Positions 34,860-60,317 of a DNA stretch of 64,000 nt are shown one piece after another; the stretch's first letter is position 1; each line of letters starts with the position of its first letter. The position numbers were made by a program, and so were the translations under genes. Source of the stretch: Sminthopsis crassicaudata (Eukaryota); contig NC_133621.1 in the NCBI RefSeq assembly GCF_048593235.1, positions 217,579,238 through 217,643,237 on the forward strand. The letters are read 5' to 3'. Under the pieces are notes generated by a model that worked only from the letters and a program-made list of their open reading frames with translations, did no database searches and was not told where the DNA came from.

Positions 34860-37232
34860 GTGAGAGTGGACCTTGTGTCCAACCTGAGGGTATTTGAGGA
34901 TCTGAGGAGGGGGGCTTTGACTTATTCAGATTTCACAAATGAGTTAACTTCTTCCTCATCTCCCAACACAAAAACGGCTCTGGGGGAAGGAGTATTATTA
35001 AGGTTGGGGGATGAGATAGGAAAAGACCCACTTGTCTCTCTGTCTCTAATAAGAGGTCACTAATGATGTGACTTTCAGGAATGGAAAAACATAGACAGTT
35101 GCTGTTGGTGGGAGATGGGAGGGCAGTTAGTAGCTTTAAGTGACCTATTTCCTTACCTAGAGAGATGGGGACAGGAAGAGGCTTGAGGTGAGAAGAATTT
35201 GGGGGCAAGTTCATTTGATTCCCAGATTTATTCCTAGTACCCACTTGCTAAACTTGCTTCCACCATCAGGGAAACAAATATATGTGTACATACATACAGA
35301 GGTTTTTAGACATGTATATTATGATATTTAGACATGTATAGAGTGTCAGACATTCAGAAACACACTAATTAATGGACATACAAGCTCACCAATCTAGAAC
35401 CCCCCCCTTCTTGTCTTCTGTCACTTTTCCTCAGTATTGTCTGTTCCTGTCTCCCCACCCCAGCTTCCGCTTCACCTCATTAGCACTATTACAGCAAGCA
35501 ATGACAACACAGGGAGGAAGTGTTGCCATAGCAATACCATCTGCCACATCCTTCTGGCCCTTTTCACCCCCCAAATCCGGTGGGGGGGCCTACAATGGGA
35601 GAGAGACATAGGCAGTAGTAAGTCAACTATAGAACTCTACACTGTTTCCAACAACAAAGCTTGGCCCTTTGGACTCAAAGCTCTCCAGTCTCCACATTCA
35701 AAAGGTCAATGAACTAACTAAGACCAAACCAAGTTTAATTTAGGATGGAGGTGGGGACAGGATTAGAGAGGGGAGTAAAGTGAAAATCAGCATGAACTTA
35801 AACTGCAGCCTACCTCCAATTCATTTTTTTTTTCCTACTCTCAACTGTCTGCCTTTGTGGTTTTCTGTCCTCTAAAGGAGATGAGGGCTACCCAAGATCC
35901 TTTGCCCAAGACTAATTTTTCTAGAGAATGAGGAAAAAGTAGGAGAAAAATCTACCATCCACATGTTTCCCACTAAGAGATCACTATTTCGATTCTGTTA
36001 CTGGTCCTGTTGGCCCCTGGCTGGTGAGGATGCTGGTCGTTTCCCCTTTATCACTTGCATTTCATTGCATTTCATTACATTATTTCATTTCAGTGACAAG
36101 TTTAGGAGCTTCAGTTAGAGTGGTCAGAGTAGTATATTCCTCCAGGGACATTCTGGACACTGCCTGGTGAGGACATATGCCTGGTCAGGATATTAAGCTC
36201 TGCCCCTTTCAGCACAGAAGGGAAAGATTTTGAGTGGGTTGTTATGGCAATAAACAGGCTCTGTCCTAGAGAAAGAGGAAAGGCATCTATCTCTGAGGAG
36301 GCTCCCTTCTCCGAAATTCCCTGGCGACGGCTGGGATGTGACAATTTACAGATATAGTTGTACCTATTATACAGAAAGAGAAATTGAAGACCGGGGATAG
36401 GAAAACAGAATTAGAGGTGACAACTCCTTTACGCTCATTCCCTATGGATAACCACAGAGAATCAGGTGTACAGGCGCCGGTGTCCAGGAGAGGGCGACAT
36501 CTCGGCTTCTCCAAGTTCTTTTGCAAAGCGGGGAAAGCCGACCCCTAGGTTGGGCGCTGAGGGAGGTAGGGTACAAGAGCAGCTCAGAGAACAGATTCCC
36601 TCCTCCTCCCCAGCCTGGTCCCCGTTTAGTTCCCAATACGGGCCCCGTTCGCCGGCGGCTCCTGCCTCCAAGAGCCGCCCACGGCAACTCTTATTATAGC
36701 CCAGGCTGCGTCAGGGGGAGGAAAAGAAAGAAAAGGAAGATGGGGAGGATGTTTGGTCCCCAGGGTTCGAAGGAGGGGTCTGGAGAGGCTACGTACAGTC
36801 CCTGCTGCATCCTGTCTCGAGGCCAGTGCCGAGGTGCCTACACAAGTGCGCGGGACCCGGGGTTATTCACTTTGTCCCTTTTCTAGGAAGAATATGAATT
36901 CTCTGATTTAGAGTACCAGGAGATTTATAGACCTCCACCCTCCACTCCCATTCTGTTCCCCTTCCAAAAAAGTCCACAAACCTAAGGAAAATGGGAACCT
37001 GGGAGTTTTCGGCTCCCACTCCCTAGGTGAACCGCCATCTTCCTGACAAACACTCTAATGTACACGCCTACGCTATTGGGGAGCAATACCAAAGTGGGGT
37101 TTTCTTCACCCCAACTTTTTCATCAACAACCTGTTCCTTTCCCTTTTTCCAGAGACCCTCTTTGACTTCCTTCCTTCCACTGATCCCTCTACCCGTTATT
37201 CCCGCTGTTTCCCGGGTACTTTCCGAGCCATG

Positions 37233-37246
37233 GTTGCCATGGCGAC
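37233..37246. promoter_or_regulatory. RFX X-box upstream of the PIKE-L first exon
   Basis: GTTGCCATGGCGAC, one mismatch to the palindromic consensus GTTGCCATGGCAAC. Confidence 0.6.
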
Positions 37247-38751
37247 AGAATGCATTTTTGTGAGAGTGGAGGGGTGTAATGCCACAGATTTACGCCCTCC
37301 TCTCCGCTGGGGAGTCTTTGATTTATTGGCGTCCTGGTAAGGAAGGCCTCCTACCTTCCGCCGACAACCTGGTGCCCTGTTCCGTGTCCTCGGGGGTAAC
37401 GGAGAACCTGGAATGTCACATTCACTCCAGGACAGATTTAGGATTGGGTAGTAGTAGCCTACATCGCGGGGTTGAAAGGGAGCTAAGGATTTATCGTAGG
37501 AATCGTTCCCATGCACTCGCTTTACTGAAGGAGAATAGCCGAAGTCCTGCTTCGGCTCGAGGTCCTCACCTCTCAGTCTCTTAGGAGAGCAGGGTCGAGA
37601 GCTTCCGAACTTCGTTCTTCCAAAAACGTCTCTCCTCCCCCTCCCACCCCCCCCACCCCCGAATTGGCAAAGGGCAAAAACTGATGCTTCTCGCCGTTGT
37701 AATTACTGACCTTCCACTTACATTCACGGACCCCCTTTCATCACGTCCAGCTGCTCGGAGAAGGGGAAAAGCGGGGAGTGGAGGGGGGGGGGCTATGATT
37801 TAGTCTGTTTAAATCCAGTCCGAGATTTGGGGAGTAATCCAGTCCGGGGTTTAGCAGGGAAATCCAGTTCTGGATTTCTCACCGTCCATTTAGACAGCCG
37901 GGCTGGTGTGTGTGTGTATGTGTGTGGTGGGGAGGTAGGGGGGGAGGTTTGGTTGGGAGGGGGGGGCGGCAGGGGGCCGCCTCCTCCTCAGTGTGAGGGG
38001 AGCACCCGGATACATCGCGCATCCGGACCAAGCCGAGTCCCGGTGAACCCCCGCAAACCCCCGGACCCTCGCCTAGACCCCAAACCCCTCCCTCCCCTAG
38101 ACCCTCCGGCCCCCATCATCCTCCCGCATCCTCCTGCATCCTTCCCCCCACCGCCTTCTCATTACATTTCCATCCTGCATCCTATCCTCCCTGCGCCCCC
38201 GCGTATCCTCCGCATTTCCCTCACCCCTTACATCCCCTTCATCTGGACCCCACCCCCGTCCCTTTCCCCTGCTCTCCATCCTCCACCCTTCTCCCAAGCA
38301 CACCCCCAACCCGCCAAACCTCATCGCCCCCGCACTGTCTCTTCTGCCTGCCCCCTTCCCTGGCATTCCCGTTTTCCCCACGTCGTCTATTTGCCCTGTC
38401 CACCCCCTCCTACTCTCTCAAGCCTCCCCCTTCAAGACTATTTCTGCTTCTCCTCACGGGTTGGGGGATGCGAGGTTACGCCCTCGCCTCCTGAGAGCCG
38501 CACTAAAGGTCCCGGGCCTCGGAAAGGGTTGGGGGTGCAGGGTGGGGGGCATGGAGAGGAGGAGCCCTGTGTGATGGGAGGGGGGCGCTCTCCGAATAGG
38601 CGGAGGCGGCGGGGACCTAGGAGCCTGGGCGGGGGTTGAACGGGGGACCGAGTCCAGCGGCAAGCACGCAGAGCTACCCTATGGCCGGGCCTCCCTGAGC
38701 CAATTTGGGGGAAGCCCCCTTCCCACCCCAGCCCGGGGATTTCGGGGCCCC

Positions 38752-50900
<12,149 letters not shown>

Positions 50901-51301
50901 TGACCTTTGCTACTTTAACACTGGGCTCTTGGACCTGCCCTCTGCTGGCTCCTGGGAAAGGGGGAAAAAGAAGTTTGCACTTCAGATCCAGGATGACTCA
51001 CGCTTCCTCCCCGCCCCCATTCGTTGGACAGTTCGGCCCCCAGAGTCCTATGCCCAGGCTGGCTCCTGGGGAGAGGGGAAGGTATCAAGGTGTTGGGGTG
51101 GGGGAGGGGGCGCTGGTCATGGGAGCTGAGGGTAATTCAGGGGGATAGAAGGCTTGTTCACGGGCCCGTCCCACTCCCTCCATACCTGACTTCACTGCCC
51201 AACAACAGGGGAAGTGGGCAGCGAGGGGCAGGACCCCGGCTACCCATGGGGGTGGGGACCCCAACCCTTTCCGTGAAAGGGACCAATGGGGGGGAGGCTA
51301 A

Positions 51302-51307
51302 AATAAA
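51302..51307 (+). terminator. Candidate proximal AGAP2 polyadenylation signal AATAAA
   Basis: AATAAA about 830 nt after the stop. A distal ATTAAA lies at 52133-52138. Confidence 0.5.
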
Positions 51308-51904
51308 GATTCCCTCCCTACACACCCACAGCCACGCTCACATCCACCAACGGATGGACTAGGGCTGGGGAGCCAGAGCCCTGGCTTCCTCTCTCCACAA
51401 CAGCTAGAGAGGGGTGATGAATGAGATGGGGGGCTATTGGAACTGGGGAGGAAATTGTAATTTATTGCTTTGTGCCCCCTTGGGAGAGGGGGCTGGGGAG
51501 GGGGGAGGGCTGGAACATGGGGAGGGGGGGTGGGCTGGGGGAAACTTGGGGGGTGGGGGGTGCTCTTGGGTTGTGAGTGTCTGTGACTGTGACTGCCTAA
51601 CTGTGACTGTCCAGAGCCCGTGGTGTCCTGAGCCAGAGGACACCCCAACCACGGGACTCCCTTCTCCCCCAAGTTTCACCTTCCCCTCCCTCTTGCAGGA
51701 GAAGCTCTAGATCCAGCCTCCCGCCCCTTCCCCCACCAGACTCCCTGAAACTTTCCAGCCAGGTAAAGAAGTTAAACCGGCTGGGATAGGTCCCCCATTG
51801 GCCTGACCCCCCCTTCCCTTCCTCAAGCAGGTCGGGATTTCCTAGCTCCACCCTCACCCCCTTACTCATCATAGCCCCAGAAGCCAGTTGGTGTAAGTGT
51901 TTTG

Positions 51905-52010
51905 GGTATTTTTTGTTTTGTTTTGTTTTGTTTTGTTTGCTTTGTTTCCTTTTGTTTTGTTTTGGGTTCTTTGGTTTTTTGGTTGTTTGGGGTTGTTTTG
52001 GGATTTTTTT
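51905..52010. repeat. (GTTTT)n GT-rich tract
   Basis: Direct reading. Confidence 0.85.
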
Positions 52011-54719
52011 TGGCTAAAATATTTTGGAGAGGACTAGTTTGTTTGGGGAGAGGGTGGAAGAAAGGGGCAATGGTAATGATCCCCCCACCATTTGCCTCCC
52101 CTGAATCAGGTGGTATGAGTCTTCTTCAAACAATTAAAAAGGCAGTGATTTTGACTGGGGGAGTGTAGCTCTGGTCTGTCTAAGGGCTGAGGGCTGGAAC
52201 TTTCATATAAAGCATTAGAATCTGAAAATTGGAGGGACTTCAATGATCATGTAGACTAACCCATATAGGAGCAGGAATCCCCGACACAGAGAGAGTCTGA
52301 CAGATACTTCAATTAATAGTTTTTTTAAAAAATAATAACCTCACATTTTCATAACATTTTACATTTACAAAATACTTTCATATCTTATATCATTTGATCC
52401 TCACAATGATCTTGTGAGGAAGATTAAGTACAGCATTATGAACTTCATTAAACAGATGAGGAAGCTGAGGATTAGAGATGAAGAGACTGGTCTGGCACTG
52501 GGTAAGAGCTGAAAGGGGGAGATGTTCAAGGTGAGAGTTCTGTCCAGTTTCCCTCTTCTAAGTTTTGGAAAGGTGGGGACTATGAAGTGGAGGTTGGAAG
52601 GTAAGCATAAAAAAGCAGACTATAGCGAATAGAGTGGGCATGGTAGCAAAGGTCCTGAGTAAGAGAATTGACCCAGGGATTTTGGGGAGAGTATCAAAAG
52701 AGTCTAATTAAAGAGTCATGAAGAGCTGCATTAAAATTAGTAACAATATGCAGAATGAGGGCTACCAATTAGGGGAAATGAAGTGAACCAATTAAGTTTC
52801 TGAGAGACTGAGCATGAGATCTATCTCCCCTAGTCTTCTTTGGTTCTTTTCTTAGTCCTTCCCCCCTCTCCTCCCATTTCCTTATCTGGAATATGGAGAA
52901 CAGAGAGTACAATTCCAATCCTCTTGGTCAATGATAGATCTGGAGTGAAAAGGGATGGGAGGTCACACAATCTTAGATGTCCGTACTGTGTAGATGGACT
53001 ACACATTCATCTACTTCGTGCAGCAAAAGGAGCTTAAATGTCCCTTTTCCAGCCCCTCCATAGATCATGTTAGTTTAATGCCTCCTGTATTAGCACCTGG
53101 TGAGTTCCAGCTCTACTGAGGGTCAGTGATTCTCACCCCCATGAAAGGGTTGTTAGGGAGGAAGAAACCTGCAGTCAGGGTAACACAAGATCTGGTCATC
53201 ATTCACCTTCACTCCCTTTTTGATCGGCGATGTTGAGCTGCCTGACCTCAAGGTAGAATTTCTCTTGGCCTTCCTCAAGACCAGCTCCAAATATCTCAGG
53301 TTTGGATCCTCAACCAAGCTCGAACAGCTATCTTCTAGCAGCACATTGAGGGCCCAGCTCTGCAGAGTTCTAGGCTGACTAATCATCTGGAACAGCAACA
53401 TGATTGTGCCTGAGAATATACCACTAAATGAGGGCCTTTTAGGCAAGAGGTAGGGAAATGAAATGTATATGCTGGAGGCAAGGTGAGAAAGGAAAAGGCA
53501 GGAGTGGACACCTCCATGTCTCAATCTACCTTCCAAATACTGCTACATGCAACATGCCTTTTGACTCTTGCACCATCTACCACCTAAAAGGCAAGTTAAT
53601 TTCCCCTTGGCTAAACCCTTCTTGAATTAAGGAATAGCTGAGTCTTTTTGCTGACTGCCAAGAGAAATGGGTATTGACAGTACTGCTGGGGAAGGGGGTG
53701 ATGAGATACATACTAGGTTAAAGACTGGGGCAATGGGGATAAAATGAAGCAAGCTGTCTAGAGAAGCAAGCTTCTTCAGTTTCTGTCCTACAACCTACAC
53801 TGGAGACCGAAGACAATTGAGTTCTATCACCAGACTTTAGGTAAATCTTTGCTTCTAATGGGGGCATAGAGGTCTTAATTCTACATACTATTCTTGACTC
53901 TTATTCAAATAAAGAGCTTGAGCACAATTCAATGTAATAAACATAGGCCTGAACGAGATAAGACATTATCTCTGCCATCATGGAGTTTACAATTTAGAAG
54001 CAAATATAATATAGAAATAAATCACTATTGTATAAAATAACACATGATTAATTCATAAGAGCAAATAAATGTCATGTAAAGTCCATGAGTAAAGGTTCCC
54101 GAAAAGGGGGAAGATCTCTGGAAGAAGGAAGCTCTCTTGTACTTTCAAACAATGAATAGAGGTTGATGAGATAATAGGTATAAAGTTGGAGAGGATCTAA
54201 TAGGTTATTTAGTCCAATCCCTTCATTTTACATGGGAGGAAACTGAGGCTGAGTGATTCAACAAAAGTCACCCATGTAAATAAGTGCTAGAGATAGACTT
54301 TGACCCAAGTTTTCTCATTCCAGAACCAGTGTTCTTAGCACTGTACTATTCAGCCTCTTTCAACAAGTAGAGGGAATTCTATTCTAAAGATATAGGGGTA
54401 ACATGAATAAATGGACAAAATGGGGAAAGTGTGGGGTGAGTATGGGCAAAAGCAAGTGGTCCATTTTGACTCAGATGTTGCATAAATGTAAGAGAATACA
54501 TGGAACAACATTGGAAAGGTGATACCAAATTGGAGAAGTCCTTAAATAATAGGCAAAGGAATGTGAATCACTGAATCTGAAAGTTGGGGGTCCTATGAGA
54601 TGATATCATCTGCACAGCATTCCCAAGGATTAAACATCCCTCCTCTGAGGAAGATCTCTATTGATGGGGAACACACTATCTACTGAAGCAGCCCATTCCA
54701 CCTATGAATAGCTCCTATT

Positions 54720-57260
54720 ATTTAATTCATTAATCAATGAACAAGTATTTTAAGTACCTACTGTGTATCAAGTACTATACTAGGTACTGGGGGAATAAGA
54801 AAGAAATAAGTATGTATTAAGCACCTACTATGAATTATACTAGGCATGGGGAAGTGATGAAAGAATAAGCATTTATTAAGCATTCATTATATGCTCAGCA
54901 GTTTATTAAGCAGTTGACAAGGGACAAAGAGAAATGGTCTCTGGCTGAAAGAGCCTATAAGCTAGCCAAGTAAACAACATGTGTATATAAAATATTTATG
55001 AAAAAATAAATAAAAAGGATAAATAGTGGGAGGAGGGGGTAAGGCTCTAGCATATAATCAGGAGGATCAGGGGAAAATATGTAGAAAGAAAGGGGCACTT
55101 GAGTGGCACTTAACTTGAAGGAAATTAGGAATTTCAAGAGTTGATAAGAAGGGAGTACATTCCAGGGAAGAGAAAGAAGTGAGAGAAAGGGGATAAAGGC
55201 ATGAAAAGGAAAAAAAAATAGAATATCTTGTATGAAGAAAACTATGGCTAATTAATAAAATTATTTATAAAGGGGTGGAAAGTTATACTGGGACAAAGTT
55301 GGAAAGGGCTTTAAATGGTCAAAGAGTTTACAGTTGATCTTGAAAGAATAGAGAATCACAGGAGTTGCTTGAGTAGAGGAGTTACATGGTCAGATCTTCC
55401 CATATGGAGTGGGAAGAGACTTAAGGCCAATAGATCTGATAGAAGATAGATAGATATAAATAGAAGCAAAAGATAGCTAGAAACGCAAGTGGCTTGAACT
55501 AGGTTGCTGGTTCTATGAAAAGGAAACAGATGCTAGAGAGGTTCTGGAGGTATAAACAAGATTAAGCACTGTTGGTGTAAGTGATGTGAGAATAGAGAGT
55601 TGAGGCTGCAAACCTGGGTGATAGGAAGGATGATGGTGCCCTCCAGAGAAACAGAGAAGTTCAGGAGAGTAGTGGATTTTTGGGAAAACTAGTGAGTTCT
55701 GCTTTAGACATATCAAATTTGAGATGGTTATTGGACATCCAATTTAAAATGTTCAATGAACAGTTGGAGATGTTGAAGTCCAGGACAGACACTAGAACTT
55801 AGATATATAAAATTATATATAATATAAACTGATGAGGCAACCAAGAAAGACTGTAGAGAGGAGAGGAAAGGAAAAGGGAGGACAGAAGATAAGAAAGGAA
55901 AGGAGAGGAGAGGGGAAGGGAAGAAAAGGAAGAAAAAAGAAGGGGAGGAGAGAAAAAGGAAGGGGAGAATCTAGGGGAAAAAACGTAGACTATAGATGGA
56001 TGATCAGACAAAAGAGGAAGACATCTAGGTGTCAGTAGGTTGTGCTGAAATAATGACCTGAGTTTAAATTTTGACACACTGTATAGTTATACATTTCTTA
56101 AACTGCCTCAGTTTCTTCATATATAAAATGAGAACGATGATACAAACTTCCCAGGGTTGTTGTGGGAATAAAATAAGATTATATTTGTCAAGTACTTTGA
56201 AAATCTTAAAGTATTATATAATTGCTAGTTCTTACATTGATCTGACAAAGGAGACTATAAAAGAATGGTTAAAGAGAAAGAGGAAAACTAAGAGACAGTT
56301 GCATCACAAAAACTCAGAAAGAAAGATTGGGCAGGAGCACCAAATGCTGCAAGAGAGGTCAAGAAAGATAAAGGTTGAGAAAATATCATTGGATTGGCAA
56401 TGAAGAGATCATTGGTGACTTTGAAAAGAATAATTTTATTTAAGTAATAAGGATGGAAGTTAGATTTCATATGGTTTGGAAGAGAGAGGAGAATTGGAGT
56501 CAGTGACTATAGATCACTTTTTCAGGGATTCTGGTTAAGAAAAAGAGAGAAAAGATAATGGATGGTACAATCTGGTAAGGATTTTTTTCAGGGTGGAAGG
56601 GATGAGTATGCATGTAGACAGCAGGAAAAGAAGTAAGAGAGAAGGAGGATCATATTGGGGCAATCAGCTGTAGAAAAGGGAAAGAACAGGAGCAAGGATA
56701 TGTAAAGAGAACTTGGCCTTAGTGAGGAAAAAAGCTGCCTTTTTCTCAAAGACTGGAGCATAGTAGATATTGGGGATAGTGTCAAGGATTTGTAAGATAT
56801 AAAGATAGGGAAAAGATGAAGTTCACAGCAAATGGTATTCAGTAAAGTATGAAGTTGAAGTCTTCAACTGAAAGAGTGAAGAATACAGAGAAACAAGATG
56901 GATCATAGTGAGACAATCAGCTGGAGAAAAGAGAAAGAAGGAGATCAAGGGTATGTAAAGAGACCTTGGCTTTAGTAAGGAGAAAGCTGACTTTTTCTCA
57001 GCATAGTAGACAGTTGGGGATGATGTCAAGGATTTGTAAGAGAAAAAGTAAGGGAAAAGAGAAAGTTCACAGCAAATGGTATTGATTTTCTCAGTAAAGT
57101 ATGAAGTTGATGTCCTCAATTAAAAGAGTGAAGAAGTAACATGAAGAGGTCATAGTAAAGATATGAAGTTGAAGTCCTCAACTAAAAGTGAAGGGGAAAG
57201 ATCGTATGGGAGGTTTAAGAAGGGAAGGGAAAGTTTGGAACAAACACTACAAAGAATGGG
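54720..57260 (-). mobile_element. Long degenerate L2-like LINE region with a nested MIR and an internal tandem duplication
   Basis: L2-type terminal motifs attaagcacctactatg/taagtacctactgtg repeated at 54745-54900, then purine-rich L2-like body. MIR at about 56060-56230. Confidence 0.55.
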
Positions 57261-57319
57261 GATATAAAATTAATTTGGAGGAAAACTATTGCCTTGCTAC
57301 AATGAAGGCCTATTTGAGG

Positions 57320-57530
57320 TTTGTTTTTTGTTGCTCAGTCATTTTTTTTCAGTTATATTTAACTCTTTGTGATCCTATTTGGGATTTTCTTGGCAAAGAT
57401 ACTGAAATGTTTTGGCATTTCCTTCTCAAGCTCATTTAACAGATAAGGAAATTGAAGCAAATGGGATTAAGTGACTTGCCCAGAGTCACAGCTTGTATCT
57501 ATGAGTATTTGAATTCAGGAAAATGAGTGA
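57320..57530. mobile_element. Marsupial Mar1-like SINE
   Basis: ttttcttggcaaagatactg...catttccttctc...cagataaggaaattgaagcaaat...aagtgacttgcccagagtcaca. Confidence 0.75.
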
Positions 57531-58454
57531 GTACAGTCCCAGTGTAGTTATTTGTTTAAATAACAAATATAGTAGATCCAATCAACACTGGATTGTTATG
57601 ACTTCTGAGCCAGATGGTGAGAATAAACCAGGGTTGGGGTTTGATAAGGTGTAAATGAAAAAAAAAAAAAAGGGGGGTACTTGGTATTGGGCTGGTTAAT
57701 TAAAGGGAAAAAATAAGGGAGGAAAGTAGAGCAAAAGTAAAAGCCAAAATGGCTTGGAAAAGCACTAAGAGATAGAAAGATGTCACAATAAAGACAAAGT
57801 TTCAGAGAAAGGTGTAAGGAGACATGGAATGATAGATTATGACTGGATAATAGATTTTTCATTATGGAAGTTGAACACTGTGGGTAATGGCAATATGAAG
57901 AGGGTGTCTAATAGTGTATGTAGCTGAGATGTGGATTAGTAAGTCATGGAAATTGGACAATGTTTTATTGGTAAATTTTAACAATCTGCTCTCTGAAAAA
58001 AATGCATGACACAAAACTTTAATTTGCATTAATATCATCTCCGTCACTTTCTTATGTCTAGATAATCAGGAAGATGTTTAATCAAGCCCCAATTTTTAGC
58101 ATTTGCCATTTTCTGGGGTGTAGATGTTCATCCCTGAAAATTTTTAAAGAGGATTTTAAAATAAATTTGAAAGTGAGGATAAGCTGTTTTCACTCCTTTA
58201 GCTGCCCTTTGCTCCCCTGATCTGCATTCTGGGTAAATTGAGGGAACAGAAGCTTAATAATAGGTGATAATCATATAGTGCTTGCAAAATGCTTTCTATA
58301 TATTTTCTCATATGATTTCCTAACAATGCTGAGAACTAAGTGCTCTTGTTATAACTATATAGAAAAGGAAACTGAGACTGAACTGAACTTAGCAAGAATC
58401 ATTGAATTAGTAAATGTCTGAGGTAGAAATTAAACTCATTCCCCCTGACCCCAA

Positions 58455-59110
58455 TTTTATTTTTTTGTTATTTTTTTTAATTTTTAAATTTAATTTAAAA
58501 AAATTATGCATAGGTAATTTTTCAGCATTGACAATTGCAAAACCTTTTGTTCCAACTTTTCCCCTGCTTCCCTCCATCCCTTCCCCCAGATGGCAGGTTG
58601 ACCAATACATGTTAAATCTGTTAAAGTATAAGTTAAATACAATATATGTATACATGTCCAAATAGTTATTTTTTTGCTGTACAAAAGAATCAGATTTGAA
58701 ACAGTGTACCATAGCCTGTGAAGGAAATAAAAAATGTAGGCAGACAAAGATAGAGGGACTGGGAATTCTCTGTAGTGGTTCATGGTCATCTCCCAGAGTT
58801 CTTTCACTGGGTGTAGCTGGTTCAGTTCATTACTTCTCTACTGGAACTGATTTGGTTCATCTCCTTGTTGAAGAGGGCTACGTCCATCAGAATTGATCAT
58901 CATATAGTATTGTTGTTGAGTATATAATAATCTCCTGGTCCTGCTCATTTCACTCAGCATCAGTTCATGTCTCTCCAGGCCTTTCTGAAATCATTCTGCT
59001 GTTCATTTCTTACAGAACAATAATATTCCATAACATTCATATATCACAATTTATTTAGCCATTCTCCAATTGATGGGCACCCACTCTGTTTCGAGTTTCT
59101 AGCCACTACA
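58455..59110 (-). mobile_element. Marsupial L1 3' end (ORF2 C-terminus and 3' UTR)
   Basis: T-rich tail, ttttcagcattgacaattgcaaaacc...gatggcaggttgaccaatacatgttaaa, then catttcttacagaacaataatattcc...atttagccattc. Confidence 0.85.
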
Positions 59111-60286
59111 AAGAGCTGACCCCAATTTTATACACACATACATATGCACTTGTGCGCACACGCAGTCACCTAGTTAGAATGTTTGAGGAAACTAGTTGAA
59201 ATTTTAAAAATTAATTTTGTGTGTCAGGAGAAAATTCCAATAAAATGATGGGCAACTATCCGCCCTCCCATTATGATAAATTATGTCATGCCTTTGTGTC
59301 AGGCTTGTGATCTCTTTCCCTAGCTTCTCATCTATTTTTTCTTTCCAGAACATAATCTGGATGCAATATCATTTGTTTCTGTTTCCACTGATCTCTACCC
59401 TAACATATTTTTTTTACCTACCCTTTTAGTTCCTCATTCTCACTTAAGACAACTCAAAAAAATTATGAGATAGGTACTATGGTATTTTGGTTCCTATTTT
59501 CCAGTAAAATGAGATTCAGAGAGATTAAGTGGCTTACTTAAACATACAAGTAAGTAGTATTAGAAGCAAGTTTTGAATCCAGGTTTCACTTTTCTCCAAA
59601 AGTCAGCACTCTTCCCATTATATAACACTATCAGAAAGCCCCAGGACCATAATACCAAACCCCATGGTACAAATGTATGGAGATAGGGGGCCAAATGTGT
59701 CTGAATGTCATTCTACTTCAAAAAAGCTATGTTTTAGTAAGGAAAACAAGTTAGTCTTAAATCCTGAAGGAAACAGAAAAACTAGAATAAGATGATTGCT
59801 TTTGTTTCTGCTTCCATAAATATCCAACCCAATGCTTTCCACCACACTTTCCTCTTTTGGTTTCCAAATTTTATCATTAGAATATATTTCTCCTCCTATT
59901 TGCTCTTCCTTTTGACTCATTCTGTGCCTTTTGAAAAAAGTGTAGCTTTCTCGGGGCATACTCTTGTCCTGGATCTCATTCATTAAAGTAACACCAGATT
60001 ATTGTTTCAAAAATAAAACTAAAGTAGAACGTTATTCATTTCAAAATATTCTTAAGAGGCGGACATTTAATCAAGCCACTCACCACAGAACAGAAGATTC
60101 TAGAAATTCTAAAATATTTCAGATACAAAGGCTTCTTGTTCTAATATTGTTTGGCTCTTCATTTCATGAATTGCTTTTATTTCATCCTGCATCCTTGAGG
60201 CTATGTTAACTTCTTTTCTGTTTCTGCTCTGTTCTTGAATGGCAACTATAATGCAGTCAGATGATGCTCAGAGATAACTGCTTTGG

Positions 60287-60313
<27 letters not shown>
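60287..60313. repeat. Poly(T)27
   Basis: Direct reading. Confidence 0.9.
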
Positions 60314-60317
<4 letters not shown>

